Source: a virus
Lineage: Duplodnaviria; Caudoviricetes
IMG/VR virus record: IMGVR_UViG_3300028833_000074
Span: 64,001-128,000 of that record
Length of the DNA: 64,000 nt
Direction: 5' to 3' (one strand)
This document shows positions 20,873-29,375 of this stretch, piece by piece. Under the pieces are notes generated by a model, which saw nothing but the letters and a program-made list of their open reading frames with translations, was not told the origin of the DNA and did no database searches. Each line of letters starts with the position of its first letter. Within the stretch, counting starts at the first letter, position 1. The translations under genes and the position numbers were made by a program.

Positions 20873-21592
20873 TTATATTCTTATTTGTCTAACATTATTT
20901 ATAAATGTTTCACTATCATTTGTTTGATACTCAACAAACATTCCAGTCATGATATCTCTTGGAATATCATTATAAGCATTTTGACAAGTAATATAATTTT
21001 TTACATTTTCTGGAGTACGCAATGACAAGCGTAAACATTTAGTACCCTTTTTAGATGTAAAATATGTTGCTTGTTTCACTAAAGCAATATCATTGTCGTA
21101 TTCATATGGATTGGCTTCGGTAATAGTTTCTTCAGCAATACCATTAATATAATTTGCTTCTAATACAAAACTATCATCTACACTAAAGTCAATCATGAAA
21201 TGCATATACAATCGCCCACCATATGAATGACAATTAATGATAATAACATGCCCAGTTTCAAAATATTTACCATAACGATGCACCAAAACCTCGCTACAAG
21301 AAACACTTTGATTTACATCCTTATTTTGAATATGCAAAATGGTGTATCCTTTTTTATTATCAACATCAATAATAATGCCCTTGACATATAACTCTTCTGT
21401 GTCATCTTCAATATCATTAAGGTCAGTAAGCAAATCATCATAAGGTGTTTCGATATTATCAATATATTCTTCCCTAATTGAAAAAGATAATGCAGAAAAT
21501 TCTTTAGCAAGAACATCTTTTTTAGAGTAATATTGATTTTCATTTTTAAAATAATTAATTAAGTCTGTCCTTTTTTTAATAATATCTTCCAT
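20873..21592 (-). CDS. Putative C-terminal OB-fold subunit of split DNA polymerase III alpha
   Basis: 'LAKEFSALSFSI' resembles the DnaE ExxxLGxxxS motif, followed by OB-like 'LYVKGIIIDV' and 'TSKKG..CLRLSL'; directly downstream of the DnaE core gene. Confidence 0.55.
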   Translation of the reverse strand: MEDIIKKRTDLINYFKNENQYYSKKDVLAKEFSALSFSIREEYIDNIETPYDDLLTDLNDIEDDTEELYVKGIIIDVDNKKGYTILHIQNKDVNQSVSCSEVLVHRYGKYFETGHVIIINCHSYGGRLYMHFMIDFSVDDSFVLEANYINGIAEETITEANPYEYDNDIALVKQATYFTSKKGTKCLRLSLRTPENVKNYITCQNAYNDIPRDIMTGMFVEYQTNDSETFINNVRQIRI

Positions 21593-21596
21593 AATA

Positions 21597-23387
21597 TCAC
21601 ATCAATGTTGTTTGTTTGTATTGATTTTCATGAACGATTGGGATATCATCAAAAGCACCAGCCCATATTAATGATTCTCTAACTCTTTTGTTACATGCAC
21701 GTGGAGCAATACGTAAACAAAAGTCTTCAAATGATAAAAATTTACCCTTTTTACGTTCTCGTAAGATTGCTTGAGATATTTTATTAGATACATTAGCAAC
21801 CAAATTTAAGCCCATATAAATTTTATTATCAGCAATAATTGTATTTGCTTCACTAATATTAATATTTGGTCCACATAATTCCGCATCACTTTCTTTTATC
21901 ATATTTAAAATCTCTACACGTTTTTCTTCTTCTTTAGTATTTTGGAGCATTGCAATTGCAAATTCCAAAGGATAATAAGTTTTCAACCATGCAGATTGAT
22001 AAGACACAGCAGAATATGAATAACAATGTGCTTTGTTGAAAGAATATTCAGAAGCATTTTCAATATCTGACCACAATTTCTCTGCCACTTCTTTTTGAAC
22101 ATTATTATCTATACAACCTTGTATAAATTTAGGTTTATATAAGTCAAAGGCTTCTTTTTTCTTTTTGGATACTGCTCTACGTAAATTATCTGTGTCAAGG
22201 TCAGACATACCGGCAAGTTGATTAGCCACTTGCATAATATTTTCTTGATATATCATAAGACCGAATGTATCACCAAGAATATCTTGTAAACGTGGGTCTG
22301 CATATGTAACTTCTTTCCTACCAAATTTATAATCACAATAAAGGTCTAAATAACCACTATTTCTTGCTCCGGGCCTAATAAGTGCAATAACATCCATTAA
22401 TTCGTTAAAATTATCTGGATGTATTTGCTTTGTACCAGATATACCAGCACCTTGTTCTAATTGAAAAATACCCATTGTATTACGATTGATTGTTTCAAAA
22501 ACTTTTGGGTCATCAAAATCATAAGGCAAATGAACATCATCATCAATTAATTCTAAAGTGTCCTTATGAATATCTAATACTGCCACACCAAGACAGTCAT
22601 TCTTTAGAAAACCCATCGCTTCACATTCACTACCATCATTAGAGATAACATCCTTACCAGTTACTGATATAGTTGAACAATAATTATCAATATCACCATC
22701 AAGAATTATCATACCACCGGCATGCACCCCATATGATTTAGTCAAACCGACAAGGTCATCAATATAATCTCTAACTTCAGTATGTTCATTTAAAAAATCC
22801 ATAACTTTAACATTATCATGATAATCTTCATTAGGTGCTAAATAAGATGTAACCTTGTTAACAACTTGAAAGTCAATACCTTGTCTTGCTGATAAATCCT
22901 TGATTAGCATTTTAGGTGTAAATTTTAATTTTGTTATCATTTGCCCAGTACATTCTTCACCATATATATCACGAATATATTGTAAGGCTTCATCTCTTTG
23001 TGATGAAGCAAAATCTGAATCTATATCCGGTAATGATGTCATTACTCTTGTTTTATTTAGAAAACGAGAAAATGATAATCCAAAGCCTTTGGGTGGAAGT
23101 TTAGTAATGTTTAATGCATAACAAACCACACTACCTACTGCAGAACCCCTACCGGCACTTCTAATAATACCTTTATCATCCAAGTAAGCAAGAATATAAG
23201 CAGTATTTAAAAAAAAGTTTTCCAAACCACAATCAAATATTACATTCAATTCATATTCTAATTGTGATTGGTACCATTCATCATCGCCAACACCTTTAAT
23301 GCGTAAACCACGTTGGCACATTTGTTTGATAAAATTTTTGTTATCTTCTTCAAAATCAAAAAAAGTTTGTTGCGCATCTCTTATCAT
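21597..23387 (-). CDS. dnaE: DNA polymerase III alpha (family C) catalytic core
   Basis: 'GRGSAVGS', 'LPDIDSDF', 'HAGG', 'KNDCLG', 'GIFQLE', 'IRPG', 'YQE', 'YSFNKAH'. Confidence 0.95.
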   Translation of the reverse strand: MIRDAQQTFFDFEEDNKNFIKQMCQRGLRIKGVGDDEWYQSQLEYELNVIFDCGLENFFLNTAYILAYLDDKGIIRSAGRGSAVGSVVCYALNITKLPPKGFGLSFSRFLNKTRVMTSLPDIDSDFASSQRDEALQYIRDIYGEECTGQMITKLKFTPKMLIKDLSARQGIDFQVVNKVTSYLAPNEDYHDNVKVMDFLNEHTEVRDYIDDLVGLTKSYGVHAGGMIILDGDIDNYCSTISVTGKDVISNDGSECEAMGFLKNDCLGVAVLDIHKDTLELIDDDVHLPYDFDDPKVFETINRNTMGIFQLEQGAGISGTKQIHPDNFNELMDVIALIRPGARNSGYLDLYCDYKFGRKEVTYADPRLQDILGDTFGLMIYQENIMQVANQLAGMSDLDTDNLRRAVSKKKKEAFDLYKPKFIQGCIDNNVQKEVAEKLWSDIENASEYSFNKAHCYSYSAVSYQSAWLKTYYPLEFAIAMLQNTKEEEKRVEILNMIKESDAELCGPNINISEANTIIADNKIYMGLNLVANVSNKISQAILRERKKGKFLSFEDFCLRIAPRACNKRVRESLIWAGAFDDIPIVHENQYKQTTLM

Positions 23388-23396
23388 ACTATCCCC

Positions 23397-24335
23397 CTAA
23401 TAAATTTTATTGCAAAATATTTTTTTAAATTTTTTATGTTGAGTAAAATTTGGAATAATTCTTTCATATTCTGGCATCTCAAAATAGCATTTTTCTGCAA
23501 TTTTATGTGTATTGTCAATGCAAGTTTGTATCAACTTGTCATCTTCTAATCCACTTTGATGCGCAAATTGATATGAATAGTCACTATTGCCTAAAATATT
23601 ACTAATTAATGTTTCGTTAATTTCGCTCTCTGGCTTTTTCCAATTGATAGATTGTATTTTCCTTCTTAATTTTCTGTCTTCATCCAATAGGACATGACTA
23701 TCAAAGGTATTAATAATGTATTTTGCATCTGTATCTTCATATAATTCTACCAATTTATTGTTTAAATAATTTTGAACCGGCAATCCAGTTTTATCATCAA
23801 TGTATGTTGGGTGATATTGCAATTCAACTGCAACATTGTCTTTTCCAAAGTAATCTAATAATTTATTGAAAAAATCATATGCTATATCATCTTTTTGATT
23901 TAAAAAGCATTGATTGATGTAAGAAAGTGAGCAAGCAGTTGATACAAAAATGCCTTCTGGATTGGTATTAAATAAAACTGGATGTGGCAATAAAGGTTTG
24001 TAATAAAAATGCTGTTTAACTGATAATCTTTGCATTTTTCTAATACTTTTAGCACCTCGCTCATTCATAGCCAACAAGACTAAATGATATCGTGTTTGAC
24101 CTTGTGGCTTACCCATCATAGTTTTACAATAAAATTCATTTCCAAACAATGGTTTAACATTGGTATCTTTACATGCTTCCTTTAGGGCATACCAATTCGC
24201 AAGACTACCATGGTCTGTAACTGCTACATATTCTTGCTCATAAATTTGAATTTGATTAATTAATTCTGGCACTTTAATGACAGAATCACCTACAGATGCA
24301 TCAGTATGTAAATGTAAATTTACGAAATTATCCAT
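23397..24335 (-). CDS. dnaE: PHP domain subunit of split DnaE
   Basis: 'NLHLHTDAS', 'TDHG', 'GNEFY', 'HLVLLA', 'STAC', 'DSH' and the ending 'NTHKIAEKC'. Confidence 0.9.
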   Translation of the reverse strand: MDNFVNLHLHTDASVGDSVIKVPELINQIQIYEQEYVAVTDHGSLANWYALKEACKDTNVKPLFGNEFYCKTMMGKPQGQTRYHLVLLAMNERGAKSIRKMQRLSVKQHFYYKPLLPHPVLFNTNPEGIFVSTACSLSYINQCFLNQKDDIAYDFFNKLLDYFGKDNVAVELQYHPTYIDDKTGLPVQNYLNNKLVELYEDTDAKYIINTFDSHVLLDEDRKLRRKIQSINWKKPESEINETLISNILGNSDYSYQFAHQSGLEDDKLIQTCIDNTHKIAEKCYFEMPEYERIIPNFTQHKKFKKIFCNKIY

Positions 24336-24344
24336 ACTCTCACC

Positions 24345-24545
24345 TTAAAATTTGGCTATATCTTTAATCCCAAATAAAATATCTGGTTCCGGAAAATCAA
24401 TACAAGTAATTTCATTATTGATATCTCGATGAACTACAATGCCATATTTAGCAGTTTCAACTGTAACCGAATTTTTACTTGGGATTTTATATATAGACCA
24501 TATATCATTTGTTTGATTATATATAATATCGTACTTTTGCATCAT
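24345..24545 (-). CDS. Small hypothetical protein (DUF2283-like pattern)
   Basis: 66 aa 'YN...DIWSIY...IVVHRD.NNEITCIDF'; operon-coupled. Confidence 0.45.
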   Translation of the reverse strand: MMQKYDIIYNQTNDIWSIYKIPSKNSVTVETAKYGIVVHRDINNEITCIDFPEPDILFGIKDIAKF

Positions 24546-25438
24546 TTTTTATTCCCTTTAGCATTTGCTTTTGGGAATATTAAATCATACACTTTATCAT
24601 ATTGTAAATCAATTGTTTCTTCTTTATTATTTGCGCTCATAAATACTTGTTTTTTACCAACAGAGAAGATATTAGACCTATCTTTTCTAATAGTTGCAAC
24701 ATAATCTTCTACATTAACATCTTCTACACTTGGTATTTTTTCGATTGTTAATCTCATAGAACATTCATCTATAAGTCTTTGTTTAACAGAAGATAAATCC
24801 TTACCTTGCTCTACAAGTTCTGGTATAAAATCAGAATGAGTTACATAAATGACCGGAGTATCAAGACTCATGAATGCTGAAGTACATTCTCTAAAAAATT
24901 TATTTCTAATTTTCCATACACTTAATTGTGCGCCTTGGTCAGCATCAAGATTCTTTTCTAATCTCATTCTTGCTTCAGCATATTCAAGTAAAAATGAAAC
25001 ACCATCAAGAATAACACCCTTAACATGAATATCTTGTTCTAATGCTTGTCTAACTGCTTCGGCTGCAGATGTAACATTATTAACAATAGTTTCTTCATCC
25101 TTAACAGTTGCACCTTTCTCATTTTCGGTAAAAGCATCTGGATTATATATTCTAATATTACCAGATTGATATTCATCTAAATAAAATGATTGAATGATTT
25201 CTTCACCGCTATTATCAACACTAATATAAACAATAATTTCATCATCCTTTAAATCATAAGTTAATAAATAAAGTGCTAAAGAAGTTTTACCAGTACCATT
25301 CTCACCACTTAATAATATTTTCTTATTAATTTTATCATTTATCTTTTGTTTTTTTGCATCAAAAATTTGTCCAAAAATCTCATCCTTCATTGATTCTTTT
25401 GGTTTACGTGTTTTCTCTCCCATATTACGAATTCCCAT
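24542..25438 (-). CDS. AAA_24/Sak4-like RecA-fold ATPase
   Basis: Walker A 'GENGTGKT', Walker B 'VILDG', 'YVTH'. Confidence 0.8.
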   Translation of the reverse strand: MGIRNMGEKTRKPKESMKDEIFGQIFDAKKQKINDKINKKILLSGENGTGKTSLALYLLTYDLKDDEIIVYISVDNSGEEIIQSFYLDEYQSGNIRIYNPDAFTENEKGATVKDEETIVNNVTSAAEAVRQALEQDIHVKGVILDGVSFLLEYAEARMRLEKNLDADQGAQLSVWKIRNKFFRECTSAFMSLDTPVIYVTHSDFIPELVEQGKDLSSVKQRLIDECSMRLTIEKIPSVEDVNVEDYVATIRKDRSNIFSVGKKQVFMSANNKEETIDLQYDKVYDLIFPKANAKGNKK

Positions 25439-25628
25439 AGTTTTCCACCTCTTTCATTAATTTTAATAGTCTTGTTTCTTTCTGTTCTATAATAGTTTTA
25501 AGTTTAATTTTCACAAAGATATCTGAAATGTTATTATAATCTTGCACCAGAATCTTGATATCATTAGTCAGAGTTGTCATCTGTCTGTGCAACTCTTGTG
25601 AATAAGGACTTTCGCTCAACATAATCAT
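25425..25628 (-). CDS. Small helical hypothetical protein
   Basis: ORF in the coupled operon. Confidence 0.5.
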   Translation of the reverse strand: MIMLSESPYSQELHRQMTTLTNDIKILVQDYNNISDIFVKIKLKTIIEQKETRLLKLMKEVENYGNS

Positions 25629-25788
25629 CTGTAATTGTATTCAGTTCATCAATAATAATCCCCTTTGTAATGATATGTCTCGCTACGACTAAATCATTTT
25701 CAAGAATTTGAATTCGAGAACGCACTTCTCGAGTGCGTATCTCAAATAAAGTATAAGGGTTTGATAAATCTTCTGGGGTATATCCCAT
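25564..25788 (-). CDS. Small helical hypothetical protein
   Basis: ORF in the coupled operon. Confidence 0.45.
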   Translation of the reverse strand: MGYTPEDLSNPYTLFEIRTREVRSRIQILENDLVVARHIITKGIIIDELNTITDDYVERKSLFTRVAQTDDNSD

Positions 25789-26747
25789 TATAAATCATCC
25801 TCAATTGGTAAAAATCCACCACAATTGTACCTTAAAGTACCATCTCTACGTGGTGTAACATTCATAAATAAGATACCATCAATACCATCGGTAATGTTTA
25901 ATCCAGCAAAAGATGTTGGATGCACCCATACGATAAAGTCATCATCTTCTGTTTCAAAGTTGATTGAGATATCTCTTGTTGGGTCTTCATTAGGGAAGAT
26001 ATCCATACAAGTTGCTCTAACACCAATAAAAGCGTTTTTATCGTATTTTTTATCTTCAAGGTATTTTAATCCATCAATCATACTGTCAAATATGATATCT
26101 CCAAAGAATTGTTCAACATATCCAAGATAAATTTTAACTGCATCTTCATCATATGCATCTACATCTTCAAGAACAGTTGCCCCATTGAAATAAAGAATGT
26201 TTGCGTTTTTAACAAGTTGACCAGATTTTTTACCTTCTTTAAAAGTAAATTTGGATTCTTTACAAACCGGTAATACTTTGTCCATTGCATAACTACCGAT
26301 TGATACATCTCTTGCGACAATACCTTCATCGGTTTGGAAGATACCTACAGCACTACCATAAATTGCTTTCTTATCAATGACTTCACCTTTACTAAATCCT
26401 TGGGTATGAATATATTCGCCTTGTTCATTAGCCATACCCTTTTTGATAGCATTTTCAAGACCATTTTCCTTGACATATCTGTCTACTTGGTTCCAAGCAT
26501 AAAGATTGTATTCTTGGTCTGGGAATCTCATGATAATGAAACCATCCATTCTTTGACCAGATTGCACTAATCTTCTTAAACTACCACGTGTTTTTCTCAA
26601 AGAACGAATTATTTTCTTGTTTTCATCCATGTCTTCTGGCATACCTTCAAAAATTTCTTGATAGATTCTTTCCATTTCTGATTCATTTATACCATGTTTT
26701 TCCGCAAATTCTTGATTTTTTTGTTTCTCTGTGTCAATACTACTCAT
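25788..26747 (-). CDS. First gene of the replication operon; putative ssDNA-binding/OB-fold protein
   Basis: Strong GGAGGT RBS at ATG 26747, beta-rich C-terminus with acidic tail, and position next to a Sak4-like ATPase. Function inferred from context only. Confidence 0.4.
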   Translation of the reverse strand: MSSIDTEKQKNQEFAEKHGINESEMERIYQEIFEGMPEDMDENKKIIRSLRKTRGSLRRLVQSGQRMDGFIIMRFPDQEYNLYAWNQVDRYVKENGLENAIKKGMANEQGEYIHTQGFSKGEVIDKKAIYGSAVGIFQTDEGIVARDVSIGSYAMDKVLPVCKESKFTFKEGKKSGQLVKNANILYFNGATVLEDVDAYDEDAVKIYLGYVEQFFGDIIFDSMIDGLKYLEDKKYDKNAFIGVRATCMDIFPNEDPTRDISINFETEDDDFIVWVHPTSFAGLNITDGIDGILFMNVTPRRDGTLRYNCGGFLPIEDDL

Positions 26748-26796
26748 AAATTTTACCTCCTTTAAAATTGATTGACATATTAATATATCCACTTAA

Positions 26797-26825
26797 TCAT
26801 ATATAAATGTTGTGGTTTATATATG
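26797..26825. promoter_or_regulatory. Divergent back-to-back TATA promoters
   Basis: tcatatataaatgtt (- strand AACATTTATATATGA) and tttatatatg (+) lie between divergent genes. Confidence 0.6.
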
Positions 26826-26845
26826 TTAGAAAAACAAGTATTATT

Positions 26846-27442
26846 ATGGATAGCAGAGAAAACTTTTATATTAATAATTATGCTTTTTTTGGGTCTACAA
26901 CGCAAAAACATTGTGGATTAAGCAATCAAGAAAGCAAGGCTATCAAGGAAAAATATAAGAAAAGAGGAGTATATATGCTACCGATACGAAGAATGGCAGA
27001 AGATAAATTACCAAGTAAAAATGGTAAGCAAACAGAATTTAGTGCCATCACTTTCGCAGTATCAAGTTTGGATATTGAAGACCAAGAAAAAATTATTGAA
27101 TTGGCAAAAAATATGCCAGAACCGGAGTCTTTAATTGACCAAAGCATAGCAATCCAACAATATAGAGTTAAAGTGGGATTGCAAAATGAATATGACCAAG
27201 GCAGATTGCTTGATACAACTGAAACAGCAATCAGTAATTTAATTAATATGATTCAAGCAAAAAAAACTATATCTGATGGTCAAGAAGTTAATCTTAATGT
27301 GAAAAGCACAATATCTTCATTGATTGATGAAATTGATGACGAAGAGAAAGAAGATATAATTAATATTGATATTGATGAAATTAATCGCAAAGAAGCGCTC
27401 AAAGAATTAAGATTAAAAGATATTGATAACATTAAAGAATGA
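26846..27442 (+). CDS. Hypothetical protein, possible terminase small subunit
   Basis: Helical protein ending '...KTISDGQEVNLNV', like TerS C-terminal strands (weak). Confidence 0.3.
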   Translation: MDSRENFYINNYAFFGSTTQKHCGLSNQESKAIKEKYKKRGVYMLPIRRMAEDKLPSKNGKQTEFSAITFAVSSLDIEDQEKIIELAKNMPEPESLIDQSIAIQQYRVKVGLQNEYDQGRLLDTTETAISNLINMIQAKKTISDGQEVNLNVKSTISSLIDEIDDEEKEDIINIDIDEINRKEALKELRLKDIDNIKE

Positions 27443-27451
27443 GGCGATAAC

Positions 27452-27736
27452 ATGGCTGATAATGAGGAAATTTCTAAAGAAGAATTTATAAATGAAATGG
27501 AAAAATTTGAAAAAGAAACAGCACGTAAAATTTTAGAATTAATGGAAAATGAACAATATATGTTACCGGTAACTGTATTAGGATTAATTAGTATTGTACG
27601 TGCATTAATTGAAAATTTTGGAAACGAAGCATTAAGAGAAGAAGCAACTCATTTCCTTAATTTAGATACAAGCAAATTACACGAAATGTCATCTGATATT
27701 CCAGAAGCGGATGATATTGTTAAAGAAGAAGAATAA
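27452..27736 (+). CDS. Acidic hypothetical protein
   Basis: GAGG RBS; 94 aa. Confidence 0.6.
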   Translation: MADNEEISKEEFINEMEKFEKETARKILELMENEQYMLPVTVLGLISIVRALIENFGNEALREEATHFLNLDTSKLHEMSSDIPEADDIVKEEE

Positions 27737-27772
27737 ATAAAAAAAAGCCCACCTAAAAAGGTGGGCCAAAAA
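27737..27772. terminator. GC hairpin between convergent genes
   Basis: gcccacct-aaaa-aggtgggc with a flanking A-run (U-tract on -). Confidence 0.7.
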
Positions 27773-27787
27773 GGAATAACAAATGAG

Positions 27788-28003
27788 TTAACATGATTTA
27801 ATAACTTGTAAACTTGTTTTAAATTGATAAGTATCAATTAATTGTCTATTAAAAATTTTATATTTATGAACAATATATAAATTATCTTTTTTTGTAATAA
27901 TATAAGCAATATTATTATCCTTATAATATATTAATTCATATTTATCAATAGTATCAAAATCATCTTTTTTTAAACTACGATTAAAAACTATCATTGTACA
28001 CAC
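27788..28003 (-). CDS. Hypothetical protein
   Basis: 71-aa ORF downstream of the tRNA. Confidence 0.4.
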   Translation of the reverse strand: MCTMIVFNRSLKKDDFDTIDKYELIYYKDNNIAYIITKKDNLYIVHKYKIFNRQLIDTYQFKTSLQVIKSC

Positions 28004-28013
28004 ATCTTATCAA

Positions 28014-28086
28014 AGCTACATGAGAGACTTGAACTCTCGACATCCAGATTACAAGTCTGGCGGTCTACCAACTAACCTAATGTAGC
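28014..28086 (-). tRNA. tRNA-Thr(UGU)
   Basis: GCTACAT acceptor stem, anticodon arm CCAGA-CTTGTAA-TCTGG, T-arm GAGAG-TTCAAGT-CTCTC; no encoded CCA. Confidence 0.92.
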
Positions 28087-28100
28087 ATAGGTGGTGTTAA

Positions 28101-28270
28101 TTTTACTTCTTAACCCAAGAAGACTTTTTATGACTCTTATATACGAATGTGGGGGTAAAAATATATAAGTCTTGTCAGTAGGACGATATTATGAGTCTTT
28201 TTACTTCTCTACTTCAGAAGACTTTTAACGACTCTTATAGTAAAACATAAAAAAACTATAAGTCTTGTCA
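28101..28270. repeat. Two ~75-nt structured direct-repeat units with variable loops
   Basis: ttttacttct-n7-agaagactttt..gactcttata-[variable]-tataagtcttgtca at 28101-28177 and 28199-28270. Confidence 0.75.
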
Positions 28271-28403
28271 AGGAGTTAAAAAATTACAATTTGCAATGAA
28301 GTGAAAATTTATAAGCCCCGATTACATAATCCCAAAAAATTAAATCATGATAACTTATTATTATATCCTTTCGGATAACGAGGCTTATTATATCATGATT
28401 AAG

Positions 28404-28475
28404 TCAGTATAAGTGGATTTGCACCACTATCTCCCACCACGTGTATTGGGTGTTTTACTATTAAACTATATACTG
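28404..28475 (-). pseudogene. tRNA-like element with an abnormal anticodon arm
   Basis: Acceptor CAGTATA/TATACTG, D-arm GTTT/AAAC and T-arm AGTGG-TGCAAAT-CCACT pair fully. The anticodon arm CCCA-ATACACGTGG-TGGG is non-canonical. Confidence 0.65.
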
Positions 28476-28476
28476 A

Positions 28477-28567
28477 TTATGTCGAATGGGGAAAGGAAAT
28501 GATTTAATGATTAGTACACCTAACAATTGTGCATAGTAAACGAAGGTAAAAAACCCATTCGACATAA
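28477..28567 (-). ncRNA. Candidate small RNA closed by a perfect 14-bp stem
   Basis: ttatgtcgaatggg (28477-28490) / cccattcgacataa (28554-28567), with a pyrimidine-rich interior on the - strand. Confidence 0.5.
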
Positions 28568-28608
28568 CGACAGTTGAATTCGAGAAATGGAGAAATAACA
28601 TGCTCCAA

Positions 28609-28681
28609 AGCCACAGACCGGAATCGAACCGGCACTCTACGACTTACGAAGTCGTCGCATTGCCAATTATGCTACTGTGGC
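28609..28681 (-). tRNA. tRNA-Thr(CGU)
   Basis: GCCACAG acceptor, anticodon arm ACGAC-TTCGTAA-GTCGT, T-arm GCCGG-TTCGATT-CCGGT. Confidence 0.92.
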
Positions 28682-28691
28682 GGACAAAGGC

Positions 28692-29051
28692 TTAAACACC
28701 TTCATCCCCAATCATGTCATCAAAGGCATGTTCATCATTACCAGCAATATATCTTGTTCCAGCAGTAATTATACCATCAGTAATTTGTGGAGCAGTATAC
28801 GCTGTAATAGCGGCCACATACCAATTACTGAATAATTCTGGTTGAGAATAGGATAAAGCAATTGCTGCTAATACACCTACAATAATAGTTGTAATTGAAC
28901 CAAGATTAAAACTAATCTCTTTTCCATTACGATAAAATGTAGGCAATACAAAACTACCTTTCATAATGACCAGTCTAAAGATTATTGCAATAATTATTGC
29001 AACATAAATAGTACTATTCAAAATAGTTCCTCCTACGTATGCTATATACAT
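28692..29051 (-). CDS. Small multi-pass membrane protein (holin-like candidate)
   Basis: Two to three hydrophobic segments and an acidic C-terminus. Confidence 0.45.
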   Translation of the reverse strand: MYIAYVGGTILNSTIYVAIIIAIIFRLVIMKGSFVLPTFYRNGKEISFNLGSITTIIVGVLAAIALSYSQPELFSNWYVAAITAYTAPQITDGIITAGTRYIAGNDEHAFDDMIGDEGV

Positions 29052-29069
29052 ATATAACTTTTCTTATAT

Positions 29070-29375
29070 TTAAATATTTTGGTTTTTTAACTCATCACAA
29101 TCAAATTTCAAATTAGCAAAATTACCATCAATATTCAAAGTGACATGCATAGTATTATTATCATCAATAATAATGTTTTCAACTTGAATGTTATTAATAT
29201 TATGGCATCCGCCTAATCTTTGCAATAGATTAGGAAAAAGTATAGATGCCAATTCATTGTTAATAAATTCAAATTCAATACCACTTTTTAATCTAACAAT
29301 CTTGCTGTTATTTTGATTATATTCTTTATGACAAACGATAAATAAATCGTCATCAATAATATCAGTTTGTAACAT
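29070..29375 (-). CDS. Hypothetical protein
   Basis: 101-aa ORF coupled to its neighbour. Confidence 0.5.
   Translation of the reverse strand: MLQTDIIDDDLFIVCHKEYNQNNSKIVRLKSGIEFEFINNELASILFPNLLQRLGGCHNINNIQVENIIIDDNNTMHVTLNIDGNFANLKFDCDELKNQNI

Noticed and set aside
20873-24335. Intein- or intron-mediated split, or frameshift artefact, in dnaE
   Set aside because: No intein terminal motifs, junctions of only 4-9 nt, and each part has its own RBS and start.
28101-28270. CRISPR mini-array or canonical TIGR array
   Set aside because: Only two units, with variable parts inside hairpin loops; no regular repeat-spacer periodicity or 36-nt unit.
28574-28768. 64-aa + strand ORF
   Set aside because: Antisense to tRNA-Thr(CGU) and the membrane-protein gene; likely spurious.
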